Source: Seison nebaliae (Eukaryota). From it: 35,143 nucleotides of DNA. The DNA lies in the NCBI GenBank assembly GCA_023231475.1, contig JALJEE010000053.1:1-35143 (forward strand), given 5' to 3'. A model generated the notes under the pieces. It saw nothing but the letters and a program-made list of their open reading frames with translations. It ran no database searches and was not told the origin of the DNA. Made by a program: the position numbers and the translations under genes. Below are positions 25,801-34,659 of the stretch, piece by piece (position 1 is the stretch's first letter; each line of letters starts with the position of its first letter).

Positions 25801-27164
25801 AGTTTAGCTGGGGCGAATAATTCTTTTGTTGACAATTGAATGATAGGTAAAGGGAGAACTTTCGATCGATTATAAATTAATAAAGTCACTCCAGTTTCTA
25901 ATATAATATTATTAGTTGGTGAATGCCATTTTAATTGAAATTTTTCTTCTCCTTCTTTATTGGGAGTACTAATTTTGAGATGGAGAAGATTGGTAATATT
26001 TATTTTGATGTTACTCGTTTGATTGAGAATAGAGAGTGTAAAATGTCGAAGATTCATTTCATCAACATCCAAATTCCTCTTATATAAATGATGGAAAATG
26101 GTGAAACTGATAAGTTTCGTATCATTCTTTGCCATATGTCTCTCTTGTTCTGAACTCACCATAAATATTTGATTGGATTCAATCGAGAAGAATTTCAAGA
26201 GATTTTCATCCTCAATACAATACGATTCATTTTTCGATGGCGTTCTCATATAAGTCAATCCCATTTGACATCCACAATATCCAGTTTTCGTCATATCATT
26301 AGCGAAGATACATCGATGAAAATCATAATGACAATTTGTATCATATTTCACGTTATTTTTATTCTTCACATTATTATTGTTGATGGCATCATTTTCTGGT
26401 GAATCGATGGCATTCTCTTGGAGAATGGAACAAATCATCGTTTGTGGTTGATATTGACAAATGTGATCAGATTGAAATTGTTTCCGAAATCGTTTCAATT
26501 CCTCAACATTTTCCAATTGAAGGAGATTTGATAATGGGGAATTAGTGGGAAGAAATTCTTCTTCGAATGTCAATAAATCTGGTAAATAATATTTTTTACA
26601 GATACACATATTTAACGATTTCTTACCATCATGAAATGGTTCACATTGTTCATTGGGACGTTTCGAACAAGTTCCATTACATTCACTTTCTTTCACTTCC
26701 AATAATTTTTTCAATCGATCAACATTTGTCGAGTGATGAATAAATGATGTTCGATCAAACGCCATCACTTTTTCTACACTTCGAATTACAATTAAATAAT
26801 TCTTTCCTTCATTTATCTCATCAACATGTTTCACGAGATTCTCTTTTCCATTTTTCGCCGAACACGATCCATCACTAATACAATTGATGAATGTACATCG
26901 ATTCTTCTTCCCGTTCCATTTGATGGTTTGACACGTGTCTTCCGATCCACAACATTCATTCAAACATTGACTTAACGTATAATTTTTTTTCGTTATCTTC
27001 TCTCCACTTTCCTCCCATTTCGTTTCACCATTTTCATAGAATTTTGGGATACAACCTTTCTCTATTTCAACTTTATTGATGACGAGAGAATGAATAAATA
27101 CGATGTTGACCAGAGCGACCAAAAATGGGACGGCCACAGCTACTTTGGTAGATGAACGACTCAT
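22818..27164 (-). CDS. KIAA0319L: KIAA0319-like / AAV-receptor family type I membrane protein, single 1448-aa ORF
   Basis: Signal peptide, Cys-rich MANEC-like region (CLNECC...C...W...C...C), PKD repeats (IVQLPKETVFLYGNSSTDDKAIVRYDW; GSYRFRLTVTD), EGF-like CSNHGYCEPLTHVCICGTYWM...ENCDWSIFYV, TM helix and cytoplasmic tail. Confidence 0.9.
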   Translation of the reverse strand: MSRSSTKVAVAVPFLVALVNIVFIHSLVINKVEIEKGCIPKFYENGETKWEESGEKITKKNYTLSQCLNECCGSEDTCQTIKWNGKKNRCTFINCISDGSCSAKNGKENLVKHVDEINEGKNYLIVIRSVEKVMAFDRTSFIHHSTNVDRLKKLLEVKESECNGTCSKRPNEQCEPFHDGKKSLNMCICKKYYLPDLLTFEEEFLPTNSPLSNLLQLENVEELKRFRKQFQSDHICQYQPQTMICSILQENAIDSPENDAINNNNVKNKNNVKYDTNCHYDFHRCIFANDMTKTGYCGCQMGLTYMRTPSKNESYCIEDENLLKFFSIESNQIFMVSSEQERHMAKNDTKLISFTIFHHLYKRNLDVDEMNLRHFTLSILNQTSNIKINITNLLHLKISTPNKEGEEKFQLKWHSPTNNIILETGVTLLIYNRSKVLPLPIIQLSTKELFAPAKLVLDASGSKCDFGITAYKWKFLKLTDVPNLKDHENMVKQIKSKDFSSKFIEIDQMIQGSYIFELSVTNKIGYTNSSRVQFEVFKEKDLKPVAVITGPMIVQLPKETVFLYGNSSTDDKAIVRYDWKLNSKDDSHSIDIEGSHTSILKLKNLQPGKFSVNLTVTDGADQIDTQTYELRIVSPRENPHWWKKTRPVIYPNSNLTVIWHSLDHSMMNKTQIFYQTIEVENSNDISIQTNTTIPVYRNFNGLSVSVDAEKLSAPSLIEITSSVEWKQLYGSIAVIDRPTSFITNISSLYVGEYEFEIIFSIDSLSNVDHKSYIDSLSIDEDSNKIDSSSELSSPIILSSKLHLSLIKAKNYAPEVEVRCYTSLRLLKESKQTKMKLEKLTKINNTDDTVLFLDGELTSDESLTSKEYYWENVHDSSVFPIIQNQNDSLAYVNLKMIPSGSYRFRLTVTDSDDLSASDECLVEIDKMVEMKNELELLLWSKSEERDLMTYGELLALVRRLKKLLDQTKSDNEKKYYRFQIKDIIYRQLLKLDMLGRKRVLAPSQLGLFKSQNWAWPWYSYNSPIPYNDNSLQMSGSVALHYHYGKLNETQRKIDHHDEIDILLNETMVVDRRIKGDLHDLSPEDDQHSLKLNSLTQRRGVCSLHGCLIQVRLIVWERLKSSKSVRRKWRQMKSDIVEQRLIDTFRTMDYNEMNFFMNRTNDKTRKSLLLFDIRSSTCSNQCSNHGYCEPLTHVCICGTYWMSSWLRRNILYEENCDWSIFYVALSSFFFILFSFLLFFIFVSRCCLRRLQRCLRRLLIRSNMKKERYQFDKMKRKNGHYHDNDNNEGLLLRIIKNRNSYNVNNSNNNCEGNRNNLFDPATDMETDPGDIHHSFLNKKEKKRKRHSNAKGKFMDQVDTSNNRLSKIGRSFSLNRNEEIQLLSSSNDFEEDKQHLINEEDDTRELLGMNNSVRNSNNRIGPNTTPLSRTFNEVKNNLRTKLFTPIKNGKII

Positions 27165-27634
27165 AATTGAGAAGGTTGGAAAAGATGTTTTTGGTTGAAT
27201 TGGAAAATATTCTTTTTGATTCTATTTTTCATTCATTTATTTTATTACTCATATACATGTATATGGATGGATGAATTAATTGAGAAAGAAATTTCCACAG
27301 TTGTTGTGTTTTTTCTTTATTTTTTTTATTCACTTCACCTTCCCTCAGATTGGGACGTATGTGGAGATGTTTGTGAATGAAAAATTCATAAAATTTATCA
27401 CTGCACGTAGCACAAACTTCTTTGATATGTTTAACAATTCTCCATTAACATTGGTCCTTCACTTCTCCAAATTTCTTCTTTTTCTTTTTTTCTCAATTTC
27501 TCATCAATTTCCTTTCCCATTAAATATATGGCTATTCTCAATTTATTTCTCACTAAATTCTTCTCACAATTATCAATTAAATTTCAAAAATTTATTTTAT
27601 AACAAATCAAGAAAGAATTAGAGGATAAATCAGA

Positions 27635-28603
27635 ATGAATTCAGTACAGAAACATGAACGATATCGTATTATGCAAAATACAAGTGCTTGTACGAATCAT
27701 GTCCAACATGTTCGTAGTTTGTTGGGCGAGAAGTTTTTGGAGCGAGCGAAAATCATTTCTCAAACTCTCGTTGAAGTGAACGAATCGAAAAATCCGAAAA
27801 AAATCGCCTTATTAACAGATCTGTTAAGTGATTTGAAAAAGACGATTGTCCGTACAGATTTAAGTGGATTGATCGGAATGTGTGATACACTTTTCAAACG
27901 TGATCCATTCGATCAATCTTATGCGAATCTTTTCCATTTCTCTTGTTCGAAGAATGATGTTGTTGATCATGAGAAGACGATGTCACTCTTATGGCAAAGT
28001 GAGATATTGGCGGGGAGGAATAAACCGAAAAAATATTACAATAATTTCTATAATAATTATCCGACATTTGATGCGAATGGAGAACGAAGTAATTTTCAAC
28101 ATTTCGGAATGAAAAATAGAAAAATTGAATTAGATCGATTGGAGTCGATGAATTTACCACCGAATCTTGTTCGAATGGATTTCTTGAAAGATTGTTCCAA
28201 AGAGAATTATATCCTTCAATTTAATATTTGCGATTTGATTGTCATTAATTTCCATGTGAATAAAATGGTCATTTATCAGACGACTGTCGATCCCATTTTA
28301 ACAAAAGAACAAGCTCGAATGAGAAATCATGTCAATCAACCACCAACTCAATCATTCTTTAATGATTCAGTCAATCATCATTCATCTAGTCAACGTTTAG
28401 AAATGATTCTACATGGAGCACTTCGTAATACGGCTGATCCAAATGAATATATCATGAACGTCATTACATATTGTAACAGAAATTTGAGAAGTATTCAAGT
28501 CTGTCCCAAATGTGGTCAATTAGTGAATAAAGGAGAAGTGATAGAAGCACATCGTTTTAACGATATCCCAAATTGCCACGAAGGATGTCGACATTTATTA
28601 TAA
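27635..28603 (+). CDS. MED27: Mediator of RNA polymerase II transcription subunit 27 (divergent), intronless, 322 aa
   Basis: Length, helical N-terminus and C-terminal zinc motif CPKCGQLV...HEGCR match the MED27 CxxCG...HxxCR end. Confidence 0.7.
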   Translation: MNSVQKHERYRIMQNTSACTNHVQHVRSLLGEKFLERAKIISQTLVEVNESKNPKKIALLTDLLSDLKKTIVRTDLSGLIGMCDTLFKRDPFDQSYANLFHFSCSKNDVVDHEKTMSLLWQSEILAGRNKPKKYYNNFYNNYPTFDANGERSNFQHFGMKNRKIELDRLESMNLPPNLVRMDFLKDCSKENYILQFNICDLIVINFHVNKMVIYQTTVDPILTKEQARMRNHVNQPPTQSFFNDSVNHHSSSQRLEMILHGALRNTADPNEYIMNVITYCNRNLRSIQVCPKCGQLVNKGEVIEAHRFNDIPNCHEGCRHLL

Positions 28604-28791
28604 TGATTTTAAAACATTCATCAATAATCAATAATCATCTGATTAAATTACATTAATTTTATTGACAATTGTAAATATTTTTTAAAATTTAAATTAATTA
28701 AATAAATTTAAAATAAAAATTTGATAAATTGGATTTGATTTTAAAAAAAAAATGATTATTTTAAAATTTCATATATTCCCCCAACAAACAA

Positions 28792-31700
28792 TTAAACAAC
28801 GGCTCTAGTTTTCAATAATTTATTTCGGAATAATTTCTTCCGAATTCCAAAAATAAAAATTTCGGCGAGTACGATACAAATACCGATACCCAGACCAACA
28901 ACCACCATCATGAACACTTCTGCCATATTTCTGATTCCCAGAGTGGCAGCACTCGCTTCCGATACGCCAGATTGTCGTCGAGGACAAGTGGCTTCAATTT
29001 GATTATTATTTTGAGTTTTCTTCTTTAACTGTCTCATTTTTAGCCAGTCGATATGAGAAATGACATATTTGGCATAACTTTGAATTATTTGATTTTTTTC
29101 TGATGTGAAATTTTCTGATGAGAATGAATTGGTTGATGTATGATCAAATATATTCGATCCACCAAATAAATTCCATGCGAAAAGAATGATATTTTGAATG
29201 GTGGAGAGACTATCAACATTTTTCTCTTGGATTTCCAGTTTGTTTTTATAGAAATAATTCTTTTTCTTTTCATCTTCATCATCCTCATTATCATTACTAT
29301 GGATTGGTTCATGTTGTAAGAGAATCCATTTATTATCCAAATCTTCGATGAATCCTTCTTCGTGAACGATCAAAATTTGTTTTGAAATAATCGACGCCCA
29401 GAGACTACCTTTCTTTACTCCGAAGCCCAAACTACTCCGACCAAACAAGTCACCGACTGTTACTAATTCACACGATTTAGCCGCTTCATATTCCAATCGA
29501 CTTGAATGCCAAATAAATGCTTTCAATTGTCTTTTAAATTTTAAGTAGAAACATTTTAAAAATTCTTTAAAAATTCGGAATTTTCAAATAAAAATGAACC
29601 CACTCAACACGTCTTTTATGGCGTTTTTCGGATTATTATAATTATATTTCGACATCAGTCGACACATTGTCGACAATTCAACTTGTTGTTTGAAATATTT
29701 GTCAACTGATGAATCTTTGATTGTTGCAATTCGGAATTCATCTTGTGGATTTCTCAACTGAAAAAAATGGAAATGAAATTGATGAATGAAAAGAGAAAGA
29801 AATGACGAAGGAAAGTTTCGGCGATGACGAGAAAAAGTTAAAACAATTGAATGAAATTAAGAATAATGAATGATTGAAATTATAAAATTCTTCATTTGGT
29901 TTCATCGAAAACATAAGGACAATATATTAGTTTGAAACTGTGATAAGCTTTCATCAAAAATTATAAGATTTATTCAAAAAGAATTCATCCACAAGAATTA
30001 TTCATGTTCTCTTCAGGAATACCATCACGAAGAGAATAATGTACAAAACGTAATCGAGAAAATACCCATGATGATAGTAGCACTAACAGAACATTTCTCC
30101 CAATGAGATAAACATTCAGTTAATTTCCCATAATTTGATTATTCTCAACTTCTTGAAAGTTGGAGAAAACAATAATGTGAAGGTGAGAGAAGTGGACGGT
30201 TATCGTTACGCAGATGTACAAGATGGAAGGAGATAATAAGAAATAATAGAAATCATAATAGCAAAAGAAAATGAGATTATTCGATACCTTTTGCCCGTGG
30301 ATGATTAATGTCTAATTTGAAAAGAAGATGGACAATTGTTGGAAAGAAAAAGAAAATGTTTAAATGTTTCTAAAGAAGAACTAATATTTTATCACTACTC
30401 TTCATCATTCCAAGCTAAATTACTGGAAACTTATTGAGAATTTCCTTTCTACAACTTATACAATTCTCTCTCATTCAAAAATCATTTCACGAGGTTCTTT
30501 TTAGAAGACTATCCAATATCATACTAACTCGCACGTCATCTATGCCAGAAATGGACGCTTCAGGTTGATCTAACACTAAGAACGCGGCCAAGTTAGCAGT
30601 GTAAGAAGAGACGACAATCATTGAGAATCCAGCCCAAACTATCCCCAAAATACGTCCAGAAAACGACGTTGGTCTCACTAGAGAAATAATCGAAAATTTT
30701 TTTAAATTTAAAGTTTAACAATCGCCAATTCCACTGCCGAGTAAGACGCCCCAAGTGAACCAATGTGAGTTGAGGAATGAGACATCGTTGGAAGAATCTT
30801 CATGATATTTTCGAACAAATTCATGATCCACTTTATTTTGAACCGTTTTCTCATCCATCATCAACATACTTCCTTCATTCTTTAACTTATCGATCAATTC
30901 CTTCAAATTCTCTAATGACGGTTCTTTTTTCATGAAACTTTTTTTCCGTAATTTTTTCGAAATTGTCGGTGAGAATCGATCTAATAAATATAAAGTGGCT
31001 GCTATCACTTCAACACTCAACAACACAACGAGCCATAATCGATATTGGAAAGGTTGGAGGAATGACGTTAAACTCGAATCTTTTTCTTTCTAACAATTTG
31101 TTTAAATAAATATAAATTGTCTTTATAGAAAAAGGAAAATAAATTAGAGAAGAAAGAAGAACTTTCTTCATCAACAATATCATTCCATGATATTTGAATG
31201 GTTTAGTAAAATCGATGACAGCTGATCTTTCGGCATTGATGGGTAATGGTGCGATAATCAGATCGGCTTGTTTCGAAAGAACTTCACCGACCATTCCTAT
31301 TTAAATATCTCGTAAAAGTTGAAAAGAAAGAGAATGAAAACCATTCCAGGATTTAGTGGTGAGATTATAATCACCATAATTATTATCAGCAACCAGATGT
31401 AATTCGAAAGAGAAATTTAATTTACTCTCTAATCGATAGAGGAGATCGATACAATAACCGAAACAACAATAATCGACAATTCCATTAGTGGTTAATTGTG
31501 GACAATAAGCTTCCCGAATATAGTTCGATTTATTTCTTCTACAATTTTTTCCTTTTCTTTTAAAAATGAAAGGAATCTCGTCAATCGTCACAATTAATAG
31601 ATGTGAATCGACTTTCACCCCTTTCGGCAATGCATATGAGCCACCCGGCCACATCAATTTCTCATGTTGGAATAATGTCAATCGACTTCCATACGACATT

Positions 31701-33332
31701 TTCATTGTCTCCTATTCGAAATTATTGATCAAAATCAAATTGATAGCTCACCAAAAAAACATTAAGAAATATTCAAAAATGATAAATACCGAAACAAATG
31801 ACAAATTCAAAAACAAATAATTAACTAACAAGAATAATCATAAGTTGTAAGTTCTATATAAATGAGAAGACAAACATCCACAAAGACAAGAAGAAGCACG
31901 ATTTTTGAGGAAGCGCATTTAAAGTTACCTCGACATTACTCTAGAAAAGGTTGGGCATACAAGTAAGGGAGGTGAAAAGGAAGGGAAGGGAATGAAAAGA
32001 AAGAGAATGAGAAAATGAACGAGAATTTTGAATCCATGCACTGCCTTATACTCTCCCACCACATTCAGCACATTGTGTTTCATATTCAACAATTGATATT
32101 TGAACAAATTAGTGGGAGTATAAACGAGATTTTTTAAATTCCTTCAAACAACAAAATTCGAATGAGAATTCTAATAGAAATGAACTTGATCAAATTTTTT
32201 CCCGTGGTAAATTTGATGAATGTTCCCGCGCTACATTCGTCCACAGGAAAATTTTCCTTTCTCAATGGTCGTTTCAATTGAGTGATGGCAACTTCGATAT
32301 ATGTCTGGAAATTTCACGATTTTTTATCATGGTTTTTTCGTGAATAAATGAGAGAACTTTATAAACGAAATTTAAGACACTGATTAAATCGACATTATTG
32401 AATGGTTTCGATTTCCATAAATCGAACGGTCGAAGAAATGGTTCGTCGATTATGGTTCGAAAACCGATAGTTCCATCAGGTGGAATGGATGGATGTTGAG
32501 CATTTAGAGCTTCTTCGTTGACGATCCAAAGGAAACCGATTTCAAATAAACCCATTTCTTTCGCTGATTTGAAAATATATCCAGCATCATGTTGACTAAT
32601 ATTGAAGATGAATGAAAATAATTTGAAGAGAAAGTGAAGAAGAAACTTCGCATAAAATAAAATGACTCGAGGTTCATATTCATTCAAATATTTCAAATCA
32701 TCTTTATATGATTTCTTTCCACTCTCATAAATGAGAACATGTTCGATACGATAATCAAAAACGTCAATGAGAGTTCTCAAATAATCTAAATGTAATTGAC
32801 CTTCGCCATCCGAACTGGTGAGGAAGACAAGACGACGATATTGAACTCGTTCAATTAAGGCTAGCCATGCCTCCGTCACATGTGCGAACGATGGTACAAG
32901 ATGGATAGTTGCAGGAAATAAATTATAATTATGCAACATTGTCGTACGAGTATTAAAATCGATGAGTGGAATATCATAATTAGTAGCGAGATAATAAAAT
33001 GCCGTTTTTATTAAAACATTCACTTCTCGAATGAAGACGTCATTAGATGTGGCGTCAATGAAAAGGAAAGATCGACGTATTTTTTGTTGTTGACAGAGAT
33101 CGTGAATTAATTGGAATGCATGATTATCTCGATAATCATCGATGAGATAGAAAGTTGCATTGAATTTCAAATTTTCCAAAATTCTCTTTATTTCCGTTCG
33201 TTGAACGACATCACTGAGAATGGTGATATGTTCGAATGAATTGCCATTTTCTAACAATTTTATCCGATTGTTCGATGAGACATTTATTATGGAATTGAAG
33301 AGAAGAAAAAGAAAAATTTGAAGAACTCTCAT
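28792..33332 (-). CDS. GRIN1: NMDA receptor GluN1-like subunit, 11 exons, about 1031 aa, atypical at key residues
   Basis: Introns 32596-32646, 32305-32357, 32142-32185, 31941-32020, 31712-31928, 31297-31341, 31090-31162, 30678-30719, 29758-30528 and 29531-29599 give an open 3096-nt CDS. Motifs [59 protein letters not shown] and [13 protein letters not shown] are GluN1-type. Confidence 0.95.
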
Positions 33333-33425
33333 CTGGAAATTGGTCTAAATTAGAAAAAAAAATATTAATTAAAAAATAAATTTTTATAATTTTTTTTTAT
33401 TCAAATAATTTTCCCACAAATATTT
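33333..33425 (-). promoter_or_regulatory. 93-bp spacer containing a poly(A) signal, an AU/U-rich tract and a splice-acceptor-like site abutting the GluN1 ATG
   Basis: On the minus strand: AATAAA at 33401-33396, then TTTTTTTCTAATTTAGACCAATTTCCAG|ATG. Confidence 0.55.
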
Positions 33426-34142
33426 TTAATCTTTTCTCAAATCCATTTTCTCTTGTTTCATTCCATCTTTCGTTATGATATTGATCAATAAAGAATCACC
33501 AGTATGAATATCTCGTTCTGTGGCGGAAACAAATACGTCTTTAATTAGAGCAAGTCCTTTCTCAATGCTAATTGGTTTCTTCTCCTCACCAATCTGATTC
33601 TTCATTCCGATCTGATTATCCAATAACGGTTGCAATAATGAAGAGGATGAACCGGCAGCACGATATTCTTCTCGTTCATATGAACCAACTGGATCATAAC
33701 TATAAATCGCTCCTTTTCCATCTTTATCAATTCCTGCTAAAATATTATAAGTGTAATATGGGAAGAATCGTCGAGAATAGAGCATTGTGGAGAGCATGGC
33801 AGCTGTCGCATGAACTTTCATCGGATGATGATGTAAAGATTCATAAATTTGATGACGTGCTTCCAATTGTTTCGTTAATGCCAATACATCACCATGGAAA
33901 CCGACACATCCTAATAATGTCTCTTTCGTCATCTTGTAAACATGAGGACAATTTCTATTATGTATCGAATAATATTCACTCAATCTCGTATCACTCGCTA
34001 TCAGTGCGAAATCATCACCAGCTATTCCTAATACCGTCCCACCATGGAACGAATATGGAGACCAATAATGATGTTGGTTAATACGATCCAATGCAACTAA
34101 ATCAGAAGATTGTTCGTTTTTTCGTTCGAGAAAATCCAACAT
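33426..34142 (-). CDS. PSMB1: Proteasome subunit beta type-1 (beta6), intronless
   Basis: [68 protein letters not shown]-terminal LRKD. First ATG at 34142. Confidence 0.97.
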   Translation of the reverse strand: MLDFLERKNEQSSDLVALDRINQHHYWSPYSFHGGTVLGIAGDDFALIASDTRLSEYYSIHNRNCPHVYKMTKETLLGCVGFHGDVLALTKQLEARHQIYESLHHHPMKVHATAAMLSTMLYSRRFFPYYTYNILAGIDKDGKGAIYSYDPVGSYEREEYRAAGSSSSLLQPLLDNQIGMKNQIGEEKKPISIEKGLALIKDVFVSATERDIHTGDSLLINIITKDGMKQEKMDLRKD

Positions 34143-34659
34143 TTTCAAATAGGCAAATTATTAATAAAATTTCGGGTTAAGCTTTCTTCTAGTTGTTGTT
34201 GGGAAAAATTTGAATTTTAATGTCTTTTTTTCTCAATAATTTTTATATATGAAAATTCTCTATTATCCATCCGCCAATCCAACTAATAGTAAGAGGAATA
34301 ATTCTTGAGAAATTATCAGTTGAAATAATGTTATTAATAATAAACGAAATTACTGTTATTCTAATTAGTTTTTTTCTTCTAACTTCTCAAGAAACTCATT
34401 TTGTATATATTATGCGCATGTTAAGTGATTATCTTATTAATAAATATGGAACGAGCAAAGCGAAAAATTCGTTTTAACTCGGAGACAAAGATGCAATAGT
34501 TAGTTTTATTATTCTTTCAGAAATAATTTCAAACTTGTTCAGAATAATAATTTTATTAATCAAAACAAATTAATTGGATTGTTGTTCAAAGTTTTTAATA
34601 TAATTAATTTTCCCAATATTATTATTATTTATTATTAATAAAATTCCCGCCGGGATAAA

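Noticed and set aside
27195..27621. Phe-rich 61- and 113-aa ORFs between KIAA0319L and MED27
   Set aside because: Low-complexity T-rich promoter/UTR sequence with non-ATG starts
33572..34081. 169-aa plus-strand ORF, and similar short ORFs opposite KIAA0319L, MED27 and GSTZ1
   Set aside because: Antisense or alternate-frame shadows of well-supported genes
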